64,000 bases of DNA from Clostridia bacterium (lineage in GTDB: Bacteria; Bacillota; Clostridia; TANB77; CAG-465): contig JAQUGQ010000001.1 of the NCBI GenBank assembly GCA_028684095.1, forward strand, positions 67,817 through 131,816, in the 5' to 3' direction. Of the stretch, positions 9,438 through 18,548 are shown piece after piece. Below the pieces are notes generated by a model. The model worked only from the letters and a program-made list of their open reading frames with translations, made no database searches and was not told where the DNA came from. Numbering within the stretch: the stretch's first letter is position 1; each line of letters begins with the position of its first letter. Position numbers and translations under genes: made by a program.

Positions 9438-10853
9438 ATGGGTACCAAGAGTAAATTTTTCGTTGACGTTATGTCTCTTAACGAAGAAGTAACTGGCTCT
9501 TGTCATTTATGTGTTGTGAAAATGCCAAATCATGAAACAATTAAATTCATTGTTGATTGTGGATTATTTCAAGAGAGTGAATACTACAAGTATAATTATA
9601 CACTTCCATTCAATCCTGATGAACTTAATTTTGCCTTAATTACACATAACCATACCGATCACATTGGTAGATTACCACTTCTTGCAAAACTAGGTTTCAG
9701 AAATGACATTTATACAACTGAGCTTACTCGGATTTTAATGTATGAATCATTAAAAGACTCTTGTAGCATACTATCACAGGTTGCTAAACGTAATAACACT
9801 AAACCTCTTTACGATGCAGATGATCTTAAAATAACATTAGGACTTGTAAAAGAAATTCCATATTATAAAGAAATACAAGTTCATACAAATGTTAAAGTAA
9901 GATTTCTTGATAACGGTCATCTCATAGGTGCTTCAATGATACTTGTTAAAATAACCTATCCAGGTGAAGAAGATATCAATATGCTATTTACAGGCGATTA
10001 TTCTAGCAACAGTACGTTTTTCAATGTCGGTCGTATATCCAAAAAAATATTTAACTTAAATCTTACTGTGATTCAAGAATCGACTTATGCTACGACTTAT
10101 ACCGATAGTATAGTAGAAATTTTCGAAGAAAATATTTTAAAAGCTGTAAGTGAAAATAAAACAATAATAGTACCAGTCTTTTCACTCAGTAGAGCTCAGG
10201 AAATCATGCTTAAAATCAAGAACATACAAGATTCTGGCAAATTAGATAAAACTATACCCGTATATTTAGATGGCAAATTGTCTATCAAGTATACAAATAT
10301 CTACAGCAAATATTCTTATATGTTTAAAGATACGGCTAAAAATTTTTTCCCTGAAAATTTCAGTTTTGTAGACAAAGAACTTAGAGCAGATTTAATAACT
10401 AATACCAAATGCAAGATTATTCTTACTTCAAGCGGAATGGGTTCCTATGGTCCTGCACCACTTTATATCAATAACTATATCTCTTCTGAAAATGCATTAA
10501 TTCATTTTATTGGATATCCTGCTAAGGGTACACTTTCAAGAAAATTAAAAAATGCAAAAAAAGATGATTTTGTGAAAATTGGTGGTGTTGTGAAACAAAA
10601 AAAATGTGATATTGAATATACCACCGAGTTTTCTTCACATGCTAAGTTAGATGAAATTTTGACTTTTTTGAAACAATTCAGTAATATTAATCTTCTTTTA
10701 GTTAATCATGGTGAACACGATTGCAAGGAAAACCTTGCAAAGCAAGTAATTGTTAATAATTTATGTAAAGATGTAGCCATTGAAAGTAGATCAACTTTTT
10801 ACAGAATCAACAACAATGGCTTATTAAAAGAACTTACAACTAAATTCTTATAG
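9438..10853 (+). CDS. MBL-fold metallo-hydrolase of the beta-CASP RNA-metabolising family
   Basis: HxHxDH motif 'THNHTDHIGRLP', then a beta-CASP-like middle region and a C-terminal 'SSHA' / 'VNHGE' motif. The start is moved to ATG 9438 (MGTKSKFF) because AAGGAG lies 8 nt upstream. The ORF-track start 9390 has no SD. The gene contains one in-frame CGG at 9729-9731. Confidence 0.8.
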   Translation: MGTKSKFFVDVMSLNEEVTGSCHLCVVKMPNHETIKFIVDCGLFQESEYYKYNYTLPFNPDELNFALITHNHTDHIGRLPLLAKLGFRNDIYTTELTRILMYESLKDSCSILSQVAKRNNTKPLYDADDLKITLGLVKEIPYYKEIQVHTNVKVRFLDNGHLIGASMILVKITYPGEEDINMLFTGDYSSNSTFFNVGRISKKIFNLNLTVIQESTYATTYTDSIVEIFEENILKAVSENKTIIVPVFSLSRAQEIMLKIKNIQDSGKLDKTIPVYLDGKLSIKYTNIYSKYSYMFKDTAKNFFPENFSFVDKELRADLITNTKCKIILTSSGMGSYGPAPLYINNYISSENALIHFIGYPAKGTLSRKLKNAKKDDFVKIGGVVKQKKCDIEYTTEFSSHAKLDEILTFLKQFSNINLLLVNHGEHDCKENLAKQVIVNNLCKDVAIESRSTFYRINNNGLLKELTTKFL

Positions 10854-10860
10854 TCATTTC

Positions 10861-10894
10861 AAGATGTTAACGTAATAACGTTAACATCTTTTTT
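10861..10894. terminator. bidirectional intrinsic terminator
   Basis: Perfect 12-bp stem aagatgttaacg/cgttaacatctt (10861-10872 / 10879-10890) with a 6-nt loop and TTTT after it. It lies between the convergent beta-CASP and rpmA genes. Confidence 0.7.
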
Positions 10895-10951
10895 ATCTTA
10901 AAATTGCCATAAAAAAACAACCTAGATACTTCTAAATTGTTTTTTGAAAAT

Positions 10952-11242
10952 TTATTCAGCTACTGTTTCAGTTACAGTTTCAACTACTGGTACTGGATAA
11001 ACACTTGCTTTTTTATCAGTTCTGCCTTTTCTCTCAAATTTAAGTATTCCACTTGCTTTTGCGTATAATGTATCATCTGTACCGATTCCTACATTTAAAC
11101 CTGGATGTATTTTTGTTCCTCTTTGTCTATATAATATGTTACCTGCTAAGACAAACTGTCCATCTGCTTTTTTAGAACCAAGTCTTTTGCTTTGACTATC
11201 TCTACCATTCCTAGTAGAACCAACGCCCTTCTTATGTGCCAT
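10952..11242 (-). CDS. rpmA: 50S ribosomal protein L27 (no N-terminal propeptide)
   Basis: 96 aa starting [30 protein letters not shown] lies 9 nt upstream, and an in-frame TAA sits immediately before the ATG. Confidence 0.95.
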   Translation of the reverse strand: MAHKKGVGSTRNGRDSQSKRLGSKKADGQFVLAGNILYRQRGTKIHPGLNVGIGTDDTLYAKASGILKFERKGRTDKKASVYPVPVVETVTETVAE

Positions 11243-11303
11243 TTAAATATTCCTCCTTAAACCATGCTATAATATATAACTATATTTATGCATTTTCTTC
11301 AAT

Positions 11304-11624
11304 TTACACTTCTGTTGTTATTTTTTCAATTTGTATTTTAGTATATGCTTGTCTATGCCCTTTAGTTTTTCTCTCGTTTTTCTTAGCTTTATATTTAAAT
11401 ACTAAAACTTTTTTATCTTTACCATGAGATATGATAGTTGCTTTTATTTTAGCACCTTTAATATATTCATCACCAACCAACATTTTTTTGTCATCAGAAA
11501 TGAAAAGAACTTTATCAAATTCTACTGATGAACCTTCCTCAAAAGATTCTAATCTAGCTACAAAAACAATATCACCCTCTGATACTTTATACTGTTTTCC
11601 ACTAATCTCTACTATTGCGTACAT
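11304..11624 (-). CDS. rplU: 50S ribosomal protein L21
   Basis: MYAIVEISGKQYKVSEGDIVFV... is canonical L21. The start is set at ATG 11624 (AAGGAGG SD 8 nt upstream) rather than the ORF-track start 11684. Confidence 0.93.
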   Translation of the reverse strand: MYAIVEISGKQYKVSEGDIVFVARLESFEEGSSVEFDKVLFISDDKKMLVGDEYIKGAKIKATIISHGKDKKVLVFKYKAKKNERKTKGHRQAYTKIQIEKITTEV

Positions 11625-11716
11625 ATAGTACACCTCCTTAAATTCTATCTTGCACTCGCCACTATAGGTAGTTATTTCTAACATTTAAACCCTTCGTGAG
11701 CGGTTAACACTGATAT
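11625..11716 (-). promoter_or_regulatory. 5' leader of the rplU-rpmA operon (possible L21-leader-type element)
   Basis: About 90 nt lie between the predicted -10 box and the rplU SD. The region is unusually GC-containing for this window (tgcactcgcc ... cccttcgtgagcggttaac). Firmicutes carry a structured L21 leader at this position. The fold was not verified here. Confidence 0.3.
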
Positions 11717-11745
11717 ATTGTAGCACATATATACCTAATTGTCAA
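11717..11745 (-). promoter_or_regulatory. consensus sigma-A-type promoter for rplU-rpmA
   Basis: On the minus strand, TTGACA (11745-11740), a 17-nt spacer, then TACAAT (11722-11717). It overlaps the restored 3' end of pth. Confidence 0.6.
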
Positions 11746-12275
11746 GAAATTCTAATAATTTCTTCTCTGTTTCAACAAATATTTCTTCTAACTTATTTTC
11801 TTCTTCCTTACTAAATCTATATAATACAAAATCACTTAAACTTTGTTCTTCATGCTTTAAATTTCCAAGTCCGAAGTTTTATTCTTGCTATATTGTTCGA
11901 CGAAAGCATTTGAACTATGTTTTTCATACCATTATGTGATCCACCACTACCACTAACTTTATATCTAACATCACCAAATTGTATGTCTATATCATCAAAA
12001 ATAACTATTATATCTTTGTCCTCTACCTTATACCAACTTTTTACTTTTTGAACAGCCTCACCACTTAAATTCATAAATTTCATTGGTTTTACAAATATAA
12101 CTTTTTCATCATTAATTGTGCATTCTCCTATTATACTATCCAATTTTTTCTTTTCTATTTTGAATTTGTACTTTTTTTCCAAATATTCAAGAAAGATAAA
12201 CCCAAAATTGTGTCTTGTTCTTTCATATCCTATCCCAGGATTTCCAAGTCCTATAACTATTTTCATAATAATCAT
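11735..12275 (-). CDS. pth: peptidyl-tRNA hydrolase, interrupted by a +1 frame break at CGG 11873-11871
   Basis: The ORF-track piece 11850-12275 (MKIVIGLGNPGIGYERTRHNFGF...GGSHNGMKNIVQML..ARIKL) stops after 'RTWKFKA'. Skipping C 11873 gives GLGNLKHEEQSLSDFVLYRFSKEEENKLEEIFVETEKKLLEFLDN*, with the stop at 11737-11735. This restores the conserved R-[IL]-G-[IL]-G and 'D[FY]VL..FSKEE' parts of Pth. Confidence 0.85.
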
Positions 12276-12466
12276 TTCTCCTTACATAGTAGTTTATTTT
12301 ATTTAACTTAAGAATACTCATTATTTTTATATTTTTAGATGTTTATTTTAAGATTTCTCTTGATTTTTTGCTATATATGTAGTATCATATATATATAATT
12401 ATATATTATGTATATATGAAAATCAAGGGTTGATATACTTTTTATCAATTTAATATATTATCTTTT

Positions 12467-14983
12467 ATGAAAGTGGTGGTATTTTTGTTCGAAACAATAT
12501 TAAATAAATTACATATAAAAACAAAACCAAATAAATTATTAACATATTTATTTTATAGTATAACTATATTTATAACATTAATATCAATAAGTAAAATTCT
12601 TACATTTCTAGTAGGAGATCCTAGAATCCAAAATATTGCATCTCCTTATTGGTATTCATTGTGGTTTATGATGCCAGTTTTAGCTTATTCATATTACGTT
12701 AATTCAGGTATGGCTAAAAGCGATAGCAAAAAAATTAATATATTTATATTTACTTATACAATGTTTTGTATATTATTAAGTACAGTAGTTTCAATATATG
12801 TTAATTCAGTAATTTGGTTTTTATTAGAAAAGTTATCTAACTTTACACTTGTTTACAATACATATCCTGAATTGTTTTCACCAGGTATTAAAACAGTTTC
12901 AGTTTTAGCAACTTTTATTGGTATGTTTTATATGTTCGATTACTTTTTATTAATATTTAGAGATGATGATTTGCCAAAAGCGATAGCTGGTTATAATGGT
13001 TTAAGTACACAATCAACAGTAAAAGATACTGGTGTGTTTAGTTGCTCCACTGTTATTTGTAAAAATAAAGGGACTACCGTTCCAGTTATAGTTCCTGAAA
13101 AAAAGAGATATGAGTCTACACTTGTACAAGGAGCTACTGGTACTGGTAAAACAGCAACTGTACTACTTCCTATGAGTGCACTTGATGTAGAGAAGAAATA
13201 CTTTTTCAGGGAATATTCTAAAAGACTTGGTTATTCTCTATTAAAAAAAGGAATTGCTTATGTAACAGGACCTTATGATAATGAATTTATAAATAAAAAT
13301 TTTTCAATGAGTTTTATAAAACCTAGAAGAGGTATGGAAGAACAATTTTTAATACAAGTAAGAAACTTGATACAATATTCTGATAGTGAAACAGGACAGA
13401 TAGTATACAAAAATTTAGGTTTAACAATTGTTGAAAATGATGGAAAATATATATCTGATTTTACGGCAGTAGCGAAAAACTTCGATATAGAAGTTCTATC
13501 CGTAGATCCAACAAATATTGAAAACACTCTAAGTATAAATCCATTTGCCATTGAAGAACCTCCTAAAGTTGCCTCTATAATAGCTGACGTTTTAAAATCT
13601 ATGTATGAAAACGAAGGTGGTGGAGCACCTGGAGATCCATTCTTTACTCAAGTAACACTTGATGCCTTTCAAAACTTAGCCATATTACTAAAGGAAATGT
13701 ATCCTGTACTTAACAATGGAGATGTTGCTAGTTTAGAAGATATGCTTGAATTACTATATAACTTTGATAAAGTTGAAGAACTTACAGAGGAAATGAAAAA
13801 AATTAAAGAATTAGAACAAAAATATAAATTACTTATAGCATATTTTGAAAAGAATTTCTACAAACCTTCTTTAAATATTAATGGTTATGAAATTCCAGGA
13901 ACACGTGGTAGCGGCAGAAAAGAAACAGAAAGGTTCCTATATGGTGCTATTACACAGCTTAATAATTTACTTAGACATCCAGGACTTAAAAAAGCTCTTT
14001 GTGGTAAAACAAATATATTAGAATTTGACAAAGCATTAGAAGATGGTAGTGTAATAACAGCATGTTCTAGAAAAGGTGATTTAGGTATTATACAATCAAA
14101 AGCATTTGGTATGTTCTTTATTATGCAGTTTCAAGATGCTATATTAAGGAGAAAAGGAAATGAAGATTCACGTATACCTCACTTTTTGTATATTGATGAA
14201 TTTCCTGAATACTTAAATAAAGATATGGAAGTTATGTTTACTTTATTTAGAAAATATAGATGTGGAGTTACAGTAGCTATACAAAATTTATCACAACTTG
14301 AAAAAGGTGGAAAAAGTGCAAGTTACTATAGACAAACAGTTCTAGCAAATACCAAAACACAAATTGTATTTGGAGACACGGTTCCTGAAGATACTGAATA
14401 TTGGGAAAAAGCTTTTGGTAAAGAAAAGGTTCCTGATAGTAAAACAAAATTCAATTTTGAAGCAAGTGGCTTGGTTGCAACGCCAACTCTTGAAGTTTAC
14501 CCTAAAAATAGAGCTGACGGATGGAAATTATCCGCTCAAGCATTTGGAGCAGTATACTATAAAACAAAAAATGCTGCTGGTAAATCAATATATGGTCAAG
14601 GACAAACTAATTTTTTACAAGCAAAATATAAACAAAAACATCCAGCTGAGTATTATAACTTTGAAAAATATATGATGAGTAAACCAGAAGGTCCTACTAT
14701 TGATTTAAATACAAGTGATTCTTCTGATAATGATGATTTGCTATTTGGAGTTAACACAACAAGTAGACTTATGGATGAACTTAAAAGCTCAAATGTAGGA
14801 ATGTTTAAAAATACTGTTAAAGAAGAAAAATATGCTAATGTTACTACTGCAAGTCCAACCTCTCTAAATACAGGATTTGAAATAGAATTTGATGATTTAG
14901 AACCCAAACTTGATAATGCAAAGATTAATGGTGGTGCTATAACAGAAACATATGAATCACCTGTAATAAAAAGAAAAAATTAA
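12467..14983 (+). CDS. TraG/TraD/VirD4-family (type IV coupling protein-like) membrane ATPase
   Basis: 838 aa with several N-terminal TM helices. Walker A 'LVQGATGTGKT' and Walker B 'HFLYIDEFPEYL', as in T4CP/TraM-recognition-domain ATPases. The C-terminal tail is low complexity. Confidence 0.6.
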   Translation: MKVVVFLFETILNKLHIKTKPNKLLTYLFYSITIFITLISISKILTFLVGDPRIQNIASPYWYSLWFMMPVLAYSYYVNSGMAKSDSKKINIFIFTYTMFCILLSTVVSIYVNSVIWFLLEKLSNFTLVYNTYPELFSPGIKTVSVLATFIGMFYMFDYFLLIFRDDDLPKAIAGYNGLSTQSTVKDTGVFSCSTVICKNKGTTVPVIVPEKKRYESTLVQGATGTGKTATVLLPMSALDVEKKYFFREYSKRLGYSLLKKGIAYVTGPYDNEFINKNFSMSFIKPRRGMEEQFLIQVRNLIQYSDSETGQIVYKNLGLTIVENDGKYISDFTAVAKNFDIEVLSVDPTNIENTLSINPFAIEEPPKVASIIADVLKSMYENEGGGAPGDPFFTQVTLDAFQNLAILLKEMYPVLNNGDVASLEDMLELLYNFDKVEELTEEMKKIKELEQKYKLLIAYFEKNFYKPSLNINGYEIPGTRGSGRKETERFLYGAITQLNNLLRHPGLKKALCGKTNILEFDKALEDGSVITACSRKGDLGIIQSKAFGMFFIMQFQDAILRRKGNEDSRIPHFLYIDEFPEYLNKDMEVMFTLFRKYRCGVTVAIQNLSQLEKGGKSASYYRQTVLANTKTQIVFGDTVPEDTEYWEKAFGKEKVPDSKTKFNFEASGLVATPTLEVYPKNRADGWKLSAQAFGAVYYKTKNAAGKSIYGQGQTNFLQAKYKQKHPAEYYNFEKYMMSKPEGPTIDLNTSDSSDNDDLLFGVNTTSRLMDELKSSNVGMFKNTVKEEKYANVTTASPTSLNTGFEIEFDDLEPKLDNAKINGGAITETYESPVIKRKN

Positions 14984-14993
14984 ATAGAAAAGT

Positions 14994-15020
14994 AAAAAAC
15001 TGAGTTGAACTCAGTTTTTT
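14994..15020. terminator. bidirectional intrinsic terminator
   Basis: aaaaaactgag-ttgaa-ctcagtttttt lies between the convergent T4CP-like gene and secA. Confidence 0.6.
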
Positions 15021-15039
15021 GTTTTTACTTTATAGAATA

Positions 15040-17829
15040 TTATTTAATCTCTTTTCCGCAACAATACTTATATTTATTACCACTACCACACGAACATTGT
15101 TCATTTCTTCCTATTACTTTATCTACTTTTATTGGTTCTTTTCTTACTTCTTTGTTAGTAACAACATTAGATTTATTACTAACATTTAACTCTGGATTTT
15201 CATAACCTGTTATTTTACTTAGATTATCTTGTTTTGATATATTAATATTATTAACATTTTCTTTAATAGAAAATACCGCTTTTGTGCTATCTTCTTTAAT
15301 AGAATTTGCCATTTCTTCAAACATTGTAAAGCTCTCCATTTTGTATGCTTCAATTGGATTTGTTTGCCCGTATGCTCTAAGTCCAATACCATCTTTAAGT
15401 CCTGATATATTATCGATATGATCCATCCATTTTTCATCAACTACTGTAAGAATTAAATGTTTTTCTAAACCTTGTAAAATCTCTTCAGAATTATTAGCTT
15501 TAGCATTTTTGTGCTTATCTAAATATTCTTTTTCTATCTTACTTACTATTATATTAAATATTTCTTCTTCTTCAAAAGATTTTATATCTTCTTTTAAAAT
15601 TAAATTATCAATATTAAATATATTATTTAATATTATATTAACAGCAAAGTAATCAACATCATCAATTCCATCACTATTTGCAAAATATATATCCACTATA
15701 TCTCTTACTTTAGATCTCATCATAGAAATTACCATAGTTTTTATATCATCTGTTTTTAGAACATCTCTTCTTTGACCATATATTATTTCTCTTTGTTTAT
15801 TCATTACATCATCATATTCTAAAACATTTTTTCTTGTACTATAGTTTATACCTTCAATTCTTTTTTGTGCTTTTTCTATAGTTGAAGTAAGTATTCCCAT
15901 TTCAATAGGCATATCCTCTGGAAGTCCCACCATAGTTGCTAATGCATTTACTTTATCAGATCCAAATAGTTTCATCAAGTCGTCTTCAAATGAAATATAG
16001 AATTTAGAACCACCTATATCTCCCTGTCTACCTGAACGTCCTCGCAGCTGATTATCTATTCTTCTAGATTCATGTCTTTCGCTACCAATTATTTTAAGTC
16101 CACCTGCTTCAATTACTTTCTTTTTACCTTCTTCTATTTCAGGTTTATATTTGTCTTCTATTTCTTTCATTTTAATCTTTGCTTTTTTCACTTCTTCATT
16201 ATCGTAAATTATAGGAGTGATAGCCATTTCAATTATTTCTTTAGAAAATCCTTCTTTATTAAGTTCTGATTTAATAATATATTCTAAATTACCACCTAAT
16301 AATATATCTGTACCACGACCTGCCATATTAGTAGCTATTGTTATTGCTTTGTATCTTCCAGCTTGTGCTACTATTTCAGCTTCTTTTTCATGATATTTTG
16401 CATTAAGTACTTGATGTGGTATTTTTTGCTTTTTTAGTAAACTACTTATTATTTCAGATTTATCTATTGATACTGTACCAACTAAAACTGGCTGACCCAT
16501 TTCATATGATTTCTTAACATCCTCAACAATTGCATTATATTTACCATTCTGAGTTTTATATACTGAGTCGTTAAAATCTACTCTATTTACATCTTTATTT
16601 GTAGGAACTTCAACTACATCTAAACTATATATACCTTTAAATTCATCCTCTTCAGTTTTAGCTGTACCAGTCATACCAGCTAGTTTAGAATATAATCTAA
16701 AGAAATTTTGGAATGTTACTGTTGCTAGTGTCTGTGATTCAAAAGCAATTTTAACCCCTTCTTTAGCTTCTATAGCTTGATGCAATCCATCACTATATCT
16801 TCTACCATTCATAAGTCTTCCTGTAAATTCATCAACAATTATTACTTCACCATCTTTAACTATATAATCAATATCATTTTTCATTAGACCATATGATCTA
16901 ATTGCTTGATTAATATGATGTGAAATACTCAAGTTTTCTACATCACTTAAAGAAGTAATACTAAAATATTGTTCTGCTTTTTTTACACCACTATCTGTTA
17001 GTGCTACACTTTTTGCTTTCAAATCAACTATATAATCAAAATCATTATCACTTTCATCATATACTTTATTATCTTTTTCTATAATTGTCTTAGCTTTTAA
17101 ATTTTTAGCAAATTTATTTGCTTTTTCGTAAATATCACTCTTCTTATTTATCATACCAGAAATTATAAGCGGAGTTCTTGCTTCATCTACTAATATGCTA
17201 TCAATTTCATCCACAATTGCATAATATAAATCTCGTTGAACCATTGTATTAACTGACATACTCATATTGTCTCTTAAATAGTCAAAACCAAACTCATTAT
17301 TTGTGCCATATGTTACATCACAACTATATGCTTTTTTCTTTTCTTCAGGTAACATATCAGCTATAACTAGTCCAACTGAAAGTCCTAAGAATTTGTATAA
17401 CTTACCCATCCATATACTTTGAGTTTTTGCTAGGTAATCATTTACTGTTACTAGATGAACTCCTTTTTTAGTAAGTGCATTTAGATATATCGGAAATGTA
17501 GCTACCAAAGTTTTACCTTCACCAGTTTTCATTTCAGCAATTCTTCCTTGATGCAAAATTATACCACCAATTAATTGAACCCTAAATGGTTTCATATTTA
17601 GTACTCTACTGCTTGCTTCACTTACTACAGCAAAAGCTTCTACTAATATATCATCTAGAGTTTCGCCCTTTTCAAGCCTTTCAATAAACTCATTTGTTTT
17701 ATTTTGTAACTCACTATCAGAAAGTTTTGACATACTTTCGCTAAGTGATATTATTTTATCTACAGTTGGAATAATTCTACTTATTTCTTTCTTACTATAA
17801 CTTCCAAATATTTTTTCTAATAATTTCAT
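15040..17829 (-). CDS. secA: preprotein translocase ATPase SecA
   Basis: 929 aa. 'MKTGEGKTLVATFPIYLNAL', 'DEVDSILIDEARTPLIISG'-type motif (DEIDSILVDEARTPLIISG), and a C-terminal SEC-C zinc motif 'CSCGSGNKYKYCCGK'. Confidence 0.97.
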   Translation of the reverse strand: MKLLEKIFGSYSKKEISRIIPTVDKIISLSESMSKLSDSELQNKTNEFIERLEKGETLDDILVEAFAVVSEASSRVLNMKPFRVQLIGGIILHQGRIAEMKTGEGKTLVATFPIYLNALTKKGVHLVTVNDYLAKTQSIWMGKLYKFLGLSVGLVIADMLPEEKKKAYSCDVTYGTNNEFGFDYLRDNMSMSVNTMVQRDLYYAIVDEIDSILVDEARTPLIISGMINKKSDIYEKANKFAKNLKAKTIIEKDNKVYDESDNDFDYIVDLKAKSVALTDSGVKKAEQYFSITSLSDVENLSISHHINQAIRSYGLMKNDIDYIVKDGEVIIVDEFTGRLMNGRRYSDGLHQAIEAKEGVKIAFESQTLATVTFQNFFRLYSKLAGMTGTAKTEEDEFKGIYSLDVVEVPTNKDVNRVDFNDSVYKTQNGKYNAIVEDVKKSYEMGQPVLVGTVSIDKSEIISSLLKKQKIPHQVLNAKYHEKEAEIVAQAGRYKAITIATNMAGRGTDILLGGNLEYIIKSELNKEGFSKEIIEMAITPIIYDNEEVKKAKIKMKEIEDKYKPEIEEGKKKVIEAGGLKIIGSERHESRRIDNQLRGRSGRQGDIGGSKFYISFEDDLMKLFGSDKVNALATMVGLPEDMPIEMGILTSTIEKAQKRIEGINYSTRKNVLEYDDVMNKQREIIYGQRRDVLKTDDIKTMVISMMRSKVRDIVDIYFANSDGIDDVDYFAVNIILNNIFNIDNLILKEDIKSFEEEEIFNIIVSKIEKEYLDKHKNAKANNSEEILQGLEKHLILTVVDEKWMDHIDNISGLKDGIGLRAYGQTNPIEAYKMESFTMFEEMANSIKEDSTKAVFSIKENVNNINISKQDNLSKITGYENPELNVSNKSNVVTNKEVRKEPIKVDKVIGRNEQCSCGSGNKYKYCCGKEIK

Positions 17830-17948
17830 GTTTTCCTCCGTTTTAGTTTGTTATATATTCTAAATTAAAAACTAACACATACATTATATCATAAAAGAAG
17901 CTATTTTCAATAGTTTATCAAAAATCTTTTTGGTTTTAAGGAGGATTT

Positions 17949-18440
17949 ATGTTTGTTGTAAATTTTAAACTGGATTTCAAAAAAATACTGATTATATGTT
18001 TAACTATATCGGTAGTAGCAGCAATATTAATTGAGTTTATTACAAGTGGCTCTAGTCTGGAGTCAACATCTACTATAAAAAATGATGACTCAAAATATGA
18101 TTATATTTTAACAGATGATAACTATATTCAAATTTTAAAAGAAGTACATGAAAATATACAAGTATCAGTTAATAAAACAATTAAATTAAGTGGATTTGTT
18201 TTTAGAATGGATGATTTTAAAGAAAATATATTTGTTTGTGGTAGAAATACAATAGTAAACGAAGAAGATACTGTTGCAGGATTTCTGTGTGATAGTCCAG
18301 ATGCTTCCAAACTTAATGATAGTGAATGGATAGAAATTACAGGAGTTATAAAAGAAGGTACATATAACACTACAATGCCAATAATAAAAGTAGGAAGTAT
18401 AAATAAAATAACTGCTCCTGCAAACACATTTGTGAAATAA
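17949..18440 (+). CDS. hypothetical membrane-anchored protein
   Basis: 163 aa with one N-terminal TM helix. AAGGAGG SD lies upstream and a terminator follows. No family was recognised confidently. Confidence 0.5.
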   Translation: MFVVNFKLDFKKILIICLTISVVAAILIEFITSGSSLESTSTIKNDDSKYDYILTDDNYIQILKEVHENIQVSVNKTIKLSGFVFRMDDFKENIFVCGRNTIVNEEDTVAGFLCDSPDASKLNDSEWIEITGVIKEGTYNTTMPIIKVGSINKITAPANTFVK

Positions 18441-18447
18441 CAATAAA

Positions 18448-18476
18448 AATAGTGTAGTTCAAAAACTACACTATTT
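18448..18476. terminator. bidirectional intrinsic terminator
   Basis: Stem aatagtgtagtt/aactacactatt with loop caaa, flanked by A and T runs. It lies between convergent genes. Confidence 0.6.
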
Positions 18477-18548
18477 TATTGTTACTCTAATCAATTTTTA
18501 GAAATTTACACCCCAACCATTGACTTTAAGCCTTTATTTTTTGAAAAA

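Noticed and set aside
11739-11939. Plus-strand ORF overlapping the pth 3' region
   Set aside because: The minus strand here encodes the conserved Pth C-terminus in the +1 frame, so the plus-strand ORF is a shadow ORF.
18508-18532. A shared motif ACACC(CC)AAC(C/T)ATTGAC(T/A)TT(A/G)AGC at 18508-18532 and 43232-43253, both in the 3' flanks of minus-strand genes
   Set aside because: There are only two short imperfect copies. No consistent ORF relic, promoter spacing or hairpin was found. The evidence is insufficient to call a repeat family or an RNA element.
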